From Anaerohalosphaeraceae bacterium (GTDB lineage Bacteria; Planctomycetota; Phycisphaerae; Sedimentisphaerales; Anaerohalosphaeraceae): DNA of 64,000 nucleotides. Shown here in pieces: positions 9,629 through 19,421 of this stretch (positions within the stretch are counted from its first letter, which is position 1; each line of letters opens with the position of its first letter). The notes below the pieces were generated by a model. That model searched no databases. It worked only from the letters and a program-made list of their open reading frames with translations, and was not told the DNA's origin. The position numbers were made by a program, and so were the translations under genes. The stretch spans positions 32,001 to 96,000 of the forward strand of contig CAXXSL010000005.1 in the NCBI GenBank assembly GCA_963675525.2, read 5' to 3'.

Positions 9629-11980
9629 ATGAAAAAAGATCTGTCAAATTTAACATCATTGCTTAGCTTTTTGCTTCTGTGCTTTGTGTACCTTGCGGGC
9701 GCAGCATTGGCCGGGAATGCTCACATTGCCGATGTGAATACGGACAAAGCAATGTATACTCCCGGTGCAGGGACAACGATCTATGTCGATTTGACGAACA
9801 GTACTGCATCAGGCTTTAGCGGTTCTGTGGAAGTAAGGATTTCGCACTTGGGGGATATTTTAATGGACCTGACCCCGAAGCCGGTTTCTTTTTTGGGGCC
9901 GGGCCAGAGTACAACAAAAATTTTCTCGTGGACACCTCCGGTTGTAGACTTTCGCGGCTATTTGGTCGAGGTTACACTGAAAGACACTTCCGGTCAGACG
10001 ATCGACCGCGGTTCATCGGCGATCGATGTGTCCAGCGACTGGCGGCGATTCCCCCGATACGGGTATATTTCCAGATTCGATGCCGGACTGGATACCGGCC
10101 ATATCATGTGGCAGCTCAAGAATTACCATATCAACGGTCTTCAGTATTACGACGTCGGCTGGAAGCACCACATTCCGGCCCCGCCGATCGGTTGGAGTAC
10201 ATGGCCGGATATCGCCAATCGGACCAATTCCCGGGCTACGGTTACCGGTTTCACGAGTGCAGCACAAAGTTATAATATAAAGTCGTTGATTTACGATGAT
10301 TTTGGTTCCGCTTACGATGATTGCTATACGGACGGCAGCGGTGTCACTCTGTCAATGGGGCGATTCAAAGCCACTCCCGCTTCGGAGAGCAATCAGTACA
10401 CGTGGGGCATGCCCGGCGGCTGGGCCACATCTCAGCTCCGCCTGATGAACAACCGGGATACCGGATGGCAGAACTATATCTATGGCCGCATCCAGGATGC
10501 GAAGACGGATCTTGGATTCGATGGCTGGCATATGGACAGCCTGGTCACGAATTGGGAGGCGTATGATTACTGGGGCGGCACATTCGATGTGTACGAATAC
10601 AATCCCGAATTTATCAACAATGCTAGGGCCTATTGGGATGACAACACCCCGCTTGTTCAAAACCTGATTAACGGTAACGGGCTCGACTGGATGAAGTCGG
10701 CGGATGTTGATTTCGTCTATGCGGAACTCTGGGACAACTATCCCAACTACAGTGATTTTAAACAATTCTTTGATGAGTCGCGAAGCTATACCAGCAAGGC
10801 GGTCGTCTATGCGGCCTACATAAACTACGACAAGGCATCCGGTTATTTCAATGAACCGGGCGTTCGGCTGGCAAACGCGGCCATGTTCGCATGCGGTGCG
10901 TCGCATATCGAACTGGGCGACGGCGACCAGATGCTGAGTAACGAATACTTCCCGAATCAGGATCTGCAGATGACCGATTCGCTGCGCAGTGCAATTCGGA
11001 CATACTATGATTTTCTGGTCGGCTATGAGAACCTGTTGCGTGGCGACACAGTCAGTGCCGACGGGGCAGTCTCAGCTACGATCAGCGGAGTCTCTACGAG
11101 TACCGACAGCAGTGCAGGATTCGTTTGGATCATTTCGAAGAAACGACCCGGCTATAATATTATTCACTTGGTGAATCTGTTGAATAACACCAGCACCTCG
11201 TGGAAGGATGCCAATGGGACGTATTCGGCGCCGCCCACACAGACCAACCTGCCGGTGAAGATGTATTATACGGGAACGATCGCTGACGGCTGCCTTTTTT
11301 ATGCTACGCCGGACAGCGATTTTGGTACTGCGTCGGAACTGAGCTTTACCACCGGCAGCGACGGCGGCGGAAATTATATCAATTTCATCGTTCCTCGACT
11401 TGAGTACTGGGACATGATCTGGCTGGAAGTCAATGGAACCACGATCGCCAGTACGCAGATAGAGGCGGAAGACTATGACACCTATTCTGCCGTGGGGACC
11501 GAGACGTGTTACGATTCCGGCGGTGGTCTGAATATCGGGTTTGTGAATAATACCGATGGTGAAAGCTATGTAGGTTTTGGCAAAATAAATTTCGCGGCAG
11601 GAGCTGCAAGTGTTTCCGCTCGGGTGGCATCCACAAAGAGTGGCGCGACACTGGAGTTTCGTCTGGACAGTCCGACAGGGCCGCTGGTTTCCACAGTATC
11701 TGTTGGCAATACCGGCGGCTGGCAAAGCTGGCAGACCAGGAACGCTTCGGTTTCCGGCGCATCCGGAGTGCATGATGTTTACGTGGTGTTTAAGAGCGCC
11801 GAAAGCAATCTGAACTGGTTCACATTCACATTGTTGCCCCATTATGATGGTGATTTGACATTTGACGGAAAAGTGAATATGAAAGATATGGCCGAACTCG
11901 GCAGCGATTGGCAAACAGAATATGATTTTAATACGATCTTGGATATCGCCAACGATTGGCTGTCTGGTGTGGCGTTATAA
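9629..11980 (+). CDS. GH66 dextranase / cycloisomaltooligosaccharide glucanotransferase family, with CBM6 and a dockerin-like tail
   Basis: TDKAMYTPG, AIDVSSDWRRFPRYGY, HINGLQYYD, GFDGWHMD (nucleophile), YAELW, GASHIELGD, EYFP; CBM6-like IEAEDYD..RLDSPTG..TGGWQSW..GVHDVY..NLNWF. Confidence 0.9.
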   Translation: MKKDLSNLTSLLSFLLLCFVYLAGAALAGNAHIADVNTDKAMYTPGAGTTIYVDLTNSTASGFSGSVEVRISHLGDILMDLTPKPVSFLGPGQSTTKIFSWTPPVVDFRGYLVEVTLKDTSGQTIDRGSSAIDVSSDWRRFPRYGYISRFDAGLDTGHIMWQLKNYHINGLQYYDVGWKHHIPAPPIGWSTWPDIANRTNSRATVTGFTSAAQSYNIKSLIYDDFGSAYDDCYTDGSGVTLSMGRFKATPASESNQYTWGMPGGWATSQLRLMNNRDTGWQNYIYGRIQDAKTDLGFDGWHMDSLVTNWEAYDYWGGTFDVYEYNPEFINNARAYWDDNTPLVQNLINGNGLDWMKSADVDFVYAELWDNYPNYSDFKQFFDESRSYTSKAVVYAAYINYDKASGYFNEPGVRLANAAMFACGASHIELGDGDQMLSNEYFPNQDLQMTDSLRSAIRTYYDFLVGYENLLRGDTVSADGAVSATISGVSTSTDSSAGFVWIISKKRPGYNIIHLVNLLNNTSTSWKDANGTYSAPPTQTNLPVKMYYTGTIADGCLFYATPDSDFGTASELSFTTGSDGGGNYINFIVPRLEYWDMIWLEVNGTTIASTQIEAEDYDTYSAVGTETCYDSGGGLNIGFVNNTDGESYVGFGKINFAAGAASVSARVASTKSGATLEFRLDSPTGPLVSTVSVGNTGGWQSWQTRNASVSGASGVHDVYVVFKSAESNLNWFTFTLLPHYDGDLTFDGKVNMKDMAELGSDWQTEYDFNTILDIANDWLSGVAL

Positions 11981-12030
11981 CGAATTGAAACGAGTTCTTG
12001 TAACCAAAAATATTAGTTGGGAAAGTTGAC

Positions 12031-14070
12031 ATGATGAAGCGATTACGAAATCTTAATTTATGTGTTCTGGTGATATGCGTATTGTCGGGGATGGTGTATG
12101 GGGATGCTGTTCCTTCAACCCATCCCGGCGTCGTCGGGGCGATCCCGTATGCAGGGGGTACGACTTTTCGTGTCTGGGCTCCGAATGCAACGTATGTGAA
12201 TGTTATGGGCGATTTTAACGGGTGGAGTGGGACCTCTAAACCTTTGGGGAGCGAAGCAGATGGTTGGTGGTCGCGAGATGTAACCGGAGCTTTGGTCGGT
12301 CACGAGTATCGTTTCAAAATCAATGGAACACTATCGAAAATAGACCCACGTGCTCAGGATGTTACGAATTCAACAGGTAATGGAATTATTGTTGATAATA
12401 GTTATAGCTGGACACCATTTACACCACCGGCCTGGAATGAGATGGTTATCTATGAAATGCATATCGGTACGTACAATGATACGGCCGGCGGCAATCCCGG
12501 TACTTGGGCATTGGCAACATCCAAGTTGGATCATCTTCAGGATCTGGGTGTCAATGTGGTTGAGGTCATGCCGGTTTCGGAATTTGCGGGTGACTTTTCA
12601 CTAGGATATAATCCAGCGAATTTATTTGCACCGGAAAGTGCCTACGGCGACCCGAGTCAAATGCGTGATTTTGTCGAACAATGTCATCAGCGCGGAATTG
12701 CCGTGTTGATCGACGTGGTTTACAATCACCTTGGAGGTGGTGATTTGGATCATTCTGTCTGGCAGTTTGATGGATTCAGCACCTATCCTGATACAGGGGG
12801 AATTTATTTCTTTGAGGACGAAAACAGTTCAACTCCCTGGGGAGACCGTCCGAACTACACCACAGAACAAGTGCGTTCATACATTCGTGATAATGCGAAG
12901 TACTGGCTGAATGATTTTAATTGCGATGGTTTGAGAATAGATGGTACGGCCTATGTCCGCGAACGAGATGATGGCGGGAGTGTTCCCTGGGGTTGGGGTT
13001 TATTGCAATTGATCAATGATGATATTGACGCCGCCTATGCTGAAAAGATCTCTATTGCCGAAGACATGCGGGGTTATGACAGAATCACAAAGCCGACTAG
13101 TGTGGACGATGGGGCCGGTTTTGATTCCCAGTGGGATGCATGGTTCCACCATTCGCTTGTATATGCATTGGAAACATCAGATGATAATAACCGGAATATG
13201 TATGAAATGGCTAATATCATTAACCATAAATATAATGGTGTTGATACCCAGCGAGTAATATACACCGAAAGTCACGATGAAGTGGGTGCGTCCAGTGGAA
13301 AGTCCCGTGTGCCTTCACGCATCTGGTGGGACAATCCGACCAGCTACTATTCCAAAAAACGTTCTACACTGGGAGCCGGTATCGTCTTTACCAGTCCCGG
13401 GATTCCGATGATCTTTATGGGCCAGGAGTTTCTTGAAATAGGCTCTTGGCACGATGATGATCCGCTGGATTGGACCAATGATACAACCTATGCAGGCATC
13501 AAACTGATGTATCAGCATATGATCAGCCTGCGGCGTAATTTATCGAACAATACCCTTGGCCTGATGGCCGGAAATGTGAATACATACCATATCAACGACA
13601 CCGCTAAAGTGATCGCCTACCATCGTTGGTGGAATGGCGGCCCCGGGGACGATGTGATTGTAGTGGCTAACTTTAGCTATCAGGGAATTACCAATTATAA
13701 TATCGGCATGCCGCGGGGTGGTCGATGGCGCGTACGTCTCAACAGTGACTGGATCGGATACGATTCGGAATTTCTGAATTGGGACTCTTTGGATACGAAT
13801 GCCGTTTTGGGTACTAAGGACGGCTTGGGTTACAATGCCAATGTTTCGGTTGCTCCCTATTCGTTTATCATCCTCTCGCAGGGAACCGGCCCCAATCTTG
13901 ACGGAATCGGAAAGGTGGACATGAAGGACTTTGCACTGTTTGCCGCGCAATGGCAGAATCCGTGTAATGATTGGGATTCATGTCAGGGAGCCGATTTTAA
14001 CATGAGCGGGCTGGTGGATATGACGGATCTGTATACGTTTGTATCACGCTGGCTCGACGACACACCATAG
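12031..14070 (+). CDS. Secreted GH13 enzyme (CBM48 plus a branching-enzyme/TreZ-like catalytic domain) with a dockerin-like tail
   Basis: Signal peptide; FRVWAPNA..GDFNGW; IYEMHIGT; DVVYNH; DGLRIDG; IAED; ESHDE; PGIPMIFMGQE. Confidence 0.88.
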   Translation: MMKRLRNLNLCVLVICVLSGMVYGDAVPSTHPGVVGAIPYAGGTTFRVWAPNATYVNVMGDFNGWSGTSKPLGSEADGWWSRDVTGALVGHEYRFKINGTLSKIDPRAQDVTNSTGNGIIVDNSYSWTPFTPPAWNEMVIYEMHIGTYNDTAGGNPGTWALATSKLDHLQDLGVNVVEVMPVSEFAGDFSLGYNPANLFAPESAYGDPSQMRDFVEQCHQRGIAVLIDVVYNHLGGGDLDHSVWQFDGFSTYPDTGGIYFFEDENSSTPWGDRPNYTTEQVRSYIRDNAKYWLNDFNCDGLRIDGTAYVRERDDGGSVPWGWGLLQLINDDIDAAYAEKISIAEDMRGYDRITKPTSVDDGAGFDSQWDAWFHHSLVYALETSDDNNRNMYEMANIINHKYNGVDTQRVIYTESHDEVGASSGKSRVPSRIWWDNPTSYYSKKRSTLGAGIVFTSPGIPMIFMGQEFLEIGSWHDDDPLDWTNDTTYAGIKLMYQHMISLRRNLSNNTLGLMAGNVNTYHINDTAKVIAYHRWWNGGPGDDVIVVANFSYQGITNYNIGMPRGGRWRVRLNSDWIGYDSEFLNWDSLDTNAVLGTKDGLGYNANVSVAPYSFIILSQGTGPNLDGIGKVDMKDFALFAAQWQNPCNDWDSCQGADFNMSGLVDMTDLYTFVSRWLDDTP

Positions 14071-14087
14071 ACAGACAATTGATTAAA

Positions 14088-16823
14088 ATGAAAACACAGA
14101 AGGATTCTAGTGGTCGGAAAAAACATATGGTTTTTAAGCCTTTAAATGGAGTTTGTCTGTTACTGAAACCGTTCAGGCTTTTTTTCTTTTGTTTTTTTAT
14201 CTGCTCATCGTTTGCCTTTTCACAAGTTTACACGACGTATCATTGGCACCTGCAGCAACCGATCTATTGGCCCGAAACGAGCAACTGGGATAATCAGACA
14301 TATCAAAAAGCGTACGAAAGCATGGTCAGCGGCGGTGCGCATCCGCAGAATAATTTGGGTGAGATTTTCGGAAAGGACGATCGTGTTGCGGCGTATCAAT
14401 TCCGGATTCGTGATGCCATCGGGACCATCCAGCAAACGAATGGGGGCGCACAAATTTCGTATTCGGGCTGTCTGGTTGAAAACGTGGAAAGTTTAGCTAA
14501 TGCCGGTTCGCTGGGCTATTATGCTGACTGGGAGAATGCAAATCGCCAAGCGCGAAACTGGTTGACATCAGGGGGGCATCGTAAATTAGATATCGTGATT
14601 TTTCCCTACCATCATGCCTTAGGCCCCTTGATTGATGCCGAATCACTGCGTAAGGAAATTCAAATTTACAAAGAACTCTATCCGGATATTTGGGGGAGCG
14701 GTCTTTCGCTCGGCTATTTTCCGGCGGAACTTTCGTTTTCTGAACGGATGATCCAGGTGCTTGTTGAAGAGGGAATTGAGTGGGTGTTCGTGCCGAACAA
14801 TCATCTTTCCAGGGCGTGCGAAAATTTCCCCCTGACATTGGGAACGGGCGGCGAAATGTGCGATCCACCCAATCCGGCGGATATTCAAAATCCCCCACAA
14901 GCCAACTGGTTTTCAAAAACCATTGACCGCGGCTGCACACCGAAAAATGCTTATCCGTTTGCATATCAACCGCACAAAGCAAAATATGTCAATCCCGAAA
15001 CCGGCATCGAATACAAAATTACCATCGTGCCGGTGGCCCAGGCGATGAGTTGGTCCGACGGCTACCAGCAATACGGCACTTCGGATATCGATCAAATAGC
15101 ATGGGCGTCGAATGCGGCCGATCCGATGCTGATTGTGCTGGCTCACGATGGGGATAACGCCTATGGCGGGGGGTATTCCTATTATATGGAAAGTGTTCAT
15201 CAGTTTTGCAATGCGGCCGCCGCAGCGGGTTATTTGCCGACGGTTGTCCAGCAATACCTTGCAGAGCATCCGGTTTCAGAGTCTGATGTCATTCACGTAG
15301 AAGATGGTTCGTGGGTGAATGCGGACGGGGATTTTGGGTCGCCTGATTTTATCAATTGGAACTGGCCGCTGTTTAATCAAGGCGGACAATTCGATATTGC
15401 CAATGGCTGGGCAGAAGACGAACGAAACTGGGCCGTCATCACAGCGGCGCAAAACCGGGTCCAAACGGCCGAGCAGATTGCCGAGGGTGTAAATATCGCT
15501 CAAGTTCAGAACCCGAACGGTTCGGCCTCTGACGCTGAATTAGCGTGGCATTTTTTCCTGCCGTCGCTGACCAGCGGATATATGTATTACGGCACAGCGC
15601 TGGATATGGAGGTCAAACCGACGATTGCGTGCAACAATGCGATTGAAAAGGCGAATCTGGTGATCGGAGACGGTTCGCTGGACCAGACGCCGCCAACGAT
15701 CTGGATTCCGCAGCAACTGCCGCACAATCCGGGCGGTACAGGTTTTGGATCGCTCTGGAGTTATCAGCCGGTTGACCATTCGCGTGATTTCTGGGTGTGG
15801 ACGTTCGTTTCGGATGTTTCCGGTGTGGCGAACGTAACCTTCAACTACCGCATTGATAACGACGGGGCCAATCCGCTCTCATCAAATCAAAATGAAACGT
15901 ATGCGGGTGGAAGTGAGGTCGGTCAATGGGTGAGCCTGCCGATGCAGATTCGCGCTTTTCCGGCCGGGAATGTCTATAACAACCCGGACATCGATTTTTT
16001 CGAGATGCCGACAGAAATTGCAGATCAATATTATATTCATGTCCAGGAACCGGCGATCGTTGATACCGGCGATGTGCTGGTCGATTATTATGTAGAAGCC
16101 ACTGACAATAAGGGATATGTCAAACGATCGCCGATTTTACACACGTTTGTCGGAACAGGCGATGGAAACGGCACAGGCCAAAACGGCGATTTTGTAATGG
16201 ATGGTTCGCTGGATGATGGTGCCCAATTCATCGGCACTGAAAATGGTGTAAGTTTTTACGCCGATTGGAATGCTGAGCAATTGTATGTGGCATGTGAACC
16301 GGGAGTCAGCGAGGACCATTTTATTTTTATTTCAGACGGCAGTTCAGTGATGATTCCGTCGCCGTGGGCAAAAGCAGGACAGGTTGCCCAGTGGCAGGCT
16401 TATCTCGCCAATGAATCGACAAACGGCTGGAGCGGCTGGTTTGATGGTGGCAGTTCACAGGCATGTGGAACTGTTTTAGAAGGTCTGCTCGATTGGAATG
16501 CAGAATTTGGAGCGATGCCGGAGTCGATTTTTCTTGCTGTAGGCGCTTACCAGACACAGGATGGAGGCAGTCTGCAATTTCAGGTTCCTTCCGGCAATGG
16601 CGATGGAAGTGTTGACATTTCAGAGTTTTATCAGTTGACTTTACGTGGTGATCTGAATTTCGATGGGAGAATCGACATTGTGGATTTCGCGGCTTTCTCG
16701 ATGCAATGGATGAAAACAAGTTGCAGCGAAGCCAACCACTGGTGCAGCGGTGCAGACTTGAATCATATCAATAACGTGGACATTGAAGATCTCGCCGCCT
16801 TTGCTTTTTATTGGTTGAAATAG
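14088..16823 (+). CDS. Secreted GH119/GH57-like alpha-glucanase with a dockerin-like tail
   Basis: HWHLQQPIYWP, SYSGCL, HHALGPL, YFPAELSFSERMI and LAHDGDN match the GH57/GH119 clan pattern; the start codon is uncertain (14079/14088/14127). Confidence 0.7.
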   Translation: MKTQKDSSGRKKHMVFKPLNGVCLLLKPFRLFFFCFFICSSFAFSQVYTTYHWHLQQPIYWPETSNWDNQTYQKAYESMVSGGAHPQNNLGEIFGKDDRVAAYQFRIRDAIGTIQQTNGGAQISYSGCLVENVESLANAGSLGYYADWENANRQARNWLTSGGHRKLDIVIFPYHHALGPLIDAESLRKEIQIYKELYPDIWGSGLSLGYFPAELSFSERMIQVLVEEGIEWVFVPNNHLSRACENFPLTLGTGGEMCDPPNPADIQNPPQANWFSKTIDRGCTPKNAYPFAYQPHKAKYVNPETGIEYKITIVPVAQAMSWSDGYQQYGTSDIDQIAWASNAADPMLIVLAHDGDNAYGGGYSYYMESVHQFCNAAAAAGYLPTVVQQYLAEHPVSESDVIHVEDGSWVNADGDFGSPDFINWNWPLFNQGGQFDIANGWAEDERNWAVITAAQNRVQTAEQIAEGVNIAQVQNPNGSASDAELAWHFFLPSLTSGYMYYGTALDMEVKPTIACNNAIEKANLVIGDGSLDQTPPTIWIPQQLPHNPGGTGFGSLWSYQPVDHSRDFWVWTFVSDVSGVANVTFNYRIDNDGANPLSSNQNETYAGGSEVGQWVSLPMQIRAFPAGNVYNNPDIDFFEMPTEIADQYYIHVQEPAIVDTGDVLVDYYVEATDNKGYVKRSPILHTFVGTGDGNGTGQNGDFVMDGSLDDGAQFIGTENGVSFYADWNAEQLYVACEPGVSEDHFIFISDGSSVMIPSPWAKAGQVAQWQAYLANESTNGWSGWFDGGSSQACGTVLEGLLDWNAEFGAMPESIFLAVGAYQTQDGGSLQFQVPSGNGDGSVDISEFYQLTLRGDLNFDGRIDIVDFAAFSMQWMKTSCSEANHWCSGADLNHINNVDIEDLAAFAFYWLK

Positions 16824-16895
16824 GAAAGGTACGACCGTACGAGGTATTTGTAAAATAATAATGAATAATGGAACAATAAATTACCAGGGAGATTC

Positions 16896-19208
16896 ATGAA
16901 AAATCATTACTGTTCGATATTTGTTTTTTGGACAATTGTCTGTCTTGCCCAGTTTTGCACGTTGGTTTATGGAGCGAGCCATGATAATCAGATTTCGCGT
17001 GGGCAGGTGCTGCATGACAGCCGGGATGAGTTTTACCGAAGCCCCGGCTGGGCAACGACCGGCCCGTATCGAACAGGAGCGGTTCCTTCCGGCACCCCGG
17101 TTCGGTTGCGGATTCGGACAGCCAAAAATGACCTGACCGCCTGCAGCATCCGCGGCTGGGACAATGATGCTATGGCGGAGTTTCTGATTCCCATGAGCAT
17201 CACCAGTTCCGACAGTACGTATGATTATTGGGAGGGACAGGTAACGTTTTCCAAAGCGGTCGATACCTATTATGCCTTCCGGTTAACCGATGGCAGCGAA
17301 CAAGACTGGTATCAGGATGACACCCTGCAGGATGGGGGAATCGGAGTAGCCACCGATACGCATCAATATACACAGGATTACAGCATTATCTGGTACCCCA
17401 ATGACTTTACGGCGCCCGCATGGCATACCCGTGCGGTGATTTATCAGATCATGACGGATGGTTTTTATAATGGGGATACCGCTAACGATCCGGCCGGCAA
17501 CGGTTACAGCGGCGATGTTTACTGGTGGGAGTGGGATTGGTCTGGGTCGAACGGGTCCAATCCCGGAAACGGCCGAAGCTGGATATACAAAAGGCCTTGG
17601 GGCCAGCCTCGATCCGGCGGAGGTGATTTTTACGGCGGCGACTTTCAGGGAGTTCGAGCCAAGACCCCTTATCTGGCGGATCTGGGGATCACGGCGATTT
17701 ATTTTAATCCCTGGATGGAAAGTCCGGACAATCACGGCTATACGGTCAATGACTATAAGTCGGTTCATCCCTATTACGGTGTTGTGGATCACCGCGATTG
17801 GTTTGATGCCGGCACCAACGTCGTTGTTAATGATACGACCGCCTCATTGGCCGTCTTTGATGCCATGCGAACAGATTTAGAGGCTGGCGGAATCCGGGTG
17901 ATCTCGGATATGGTCTTAAATCATTGCAGCGCGCAATCTCGCTTTTTCCAGCGTTTCGAGCATATATCCCCGAATTGGAATATCTATGACCCCTGGCCGG
18001 GCGAGGATGGAGCGTATGAGTCTCAAGGCTCCCTCTGGTCGGACTGGTTTAGTTTTTCTACGTGGAATCATGTCTATGCAAGCTGGTGGGGCTACAACAA
18101 TATGCCGCAGATCCAGTATGTCGGCAACACGGCCCTGCAGGATCTGATCACCGGGCCGGATTCGGTTTTTGATTTCTGGGATTCCCATGGCGTGCAGGGT
18201 TATCGATTGGATGTCAATATGGACTATGCCGACGGCAACAATTCGCGTACTGTCAACCGGGCGATCCGAAACAAAGTCAAAGCATTAGACAGCGACGCCG
18301 TCGTTATTGCCGAAGTCTGGGGACGCGCGAATCCGTGGCTGATCGGTGATATGTGTGACGGAACCATGAATTATCGCTTTCGTACCGCCGTGTTTGACTG
18401 GATCAACAACACGTCTTCAACAGAGCTTTTAAATAATCGACTTCTGGTCATCCAGGAGGACTATCCGGTTGCGGCACAGTATGCCTCCTGGGCGTTGCTG
18501 GGCAGTCATGATACCGAACGTGTTCGAACGGCGCTGGGTTCGTCGGCCAAACAGAAATTGGCCGCGATCTTCCAGTTTTCGCACATTGGCCCGCCTGTGA
18601 TCTGGGCGGGCGATGAACTGGGAATGACCGGCGGCGCGGATCCGGACAACCGCCGTTCCATGGAGTGGAGTTTGGCAACAGAGAGTAATGATATATTGGC
18701 ATTGTACAAAAAACTGGCTTTTTCCCGCACAACCTATACTCCGTTAACCGAAGGGTGGGTCATTTCGCTGCTGGTCGGAAATGATGTCTACGCATTCGGC
18801 CGAGAAGTTTCCGGCGATAATTTTGTTTCCGATGCAGTGGTCGTATTAAACAGAGCCGCCTCCAGTGCAGCGGTGACCGTGGACATCAGTCCGCTGCCGG
18901 GGTTGGTTGCCGGAGAAAAACTGAACGATGCCCTGACGGGCAATACCTACACGGTCAGCCCGGACCTTACAATTGCACTGACAGTTTCGCCGCTAAACGG
19001 GATTATTCTGGTCAACTCCCTTGCGGATCTGGACAGCGACGGAAATGTGGACAACCGTGACTTTGCTGCGTTAGCAGCCCAGTGGGGGCACGACCATTGC
19101 GCAGGGCCTGATTGGTGTGATGGATGTGATTTGAATAAAGACGAAGTCGTAAATATTCAGGATTTGGCCCAATGGATACAGATGTGGCTCCTGAACGGAA
19201 ATCTATAG
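16896..19208 (+). CDS. Secreted GH13 neopullulanase/amylopullulanase-like enzyme with an N-terminal CBM34-like domain and a dockerin-like tail
   Basis: HDSRD..GAVP.GTPVRLRIRT N-domain; IYQI..D.F.NGD..ND; FYGGDFQG; DMVLNH; GYRLDV; IAEVW; LGSHD; DPDNRR. Confidence 0.9.
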   Translation: MKNHYCSIFVFWTIVCLAQFCTLVYGASHDNQISRGQVLHDSRDEFYRSPGWATTGPYRTGAVPSGTPVRLRIRTAKNDLTACSIRGWDNDAMAEFLIPMSITSSDSTYDYWEGQVTFSKAVDTYYAFRLTDGSEQDWYQDDTLQDGGIGVATDTHQYTQDYSIIWYPNDFTAPAWHTRAVIYQIMTDGFYNGDTANDPAGNGYSGDVYWWEWDWSGSNGSNPGNGRSWIYKRPWGQPRSGGGDFYGGDFQGVRAKTPYLADLGITAIYFNPWMESPDNHGYTVNDYKSVHPYYGVVDHRDWFDAGTNVVVNDTTASLAVFDAMRTDLEAGGIRVISDMVLNHCSAQSRFFQRFEHISPNWNIYDPWPGEDGAYESQGSLWSDWFSFSTWNHVYASWWGYNNMPQIQYVGNTALQDLITGPDSVFDFWDSHGVQGYRLDVNMDYADGNNSRTVNRAIRNKVKALDSDAVVIAEVWGRANPWLIGDMCDGTMNYRFRTAVFDWINNTSSTELLNNRLLVIQEDYPVAAQYASWALLGSHDTERVRTALGSSAKQKLAAIFQFSHIGPPVIWAGDELGMTGGADPDNRRSMEWSLATESNDILALYKKLAFSRTTYTPLTEGWVISLLVGNDVYAFGREVSGDNFVSDAVVVLNRAASSAAVTVDISPLPGLVAGEKLNDALTGNTYTVSPDLTIALTVSPLNGIILVNSLADLDSDGNVDNRDFAALAAQWGHDHCAGPDWCDGCDLNKDEVVNIQDLAQWIQMWLLNGNL

Positions 19209-19421
19209 GAAAAAGATGAAAAAATGAAATTGGCGATACAATTATGACAGACAGCGGATTTTTGACTTTACAAATCCGTCCAGGGTATTAAACCATGATC
19301 CACGAAACAAAGTAGACTTCTATGATTGCGTTGCTTTTGCCTAAGAGTGGAAAACCAATAATAACCTGGGCACAAAATGAAGAAAACCACGAGAATTAAT
19401 TAATATTCAGGGAAGAAGCCT

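Noticed and set aside
11072..11914. 280-aa minus-strand ORF
   Set aside because: Antisense to the GH66 C-terminal region.
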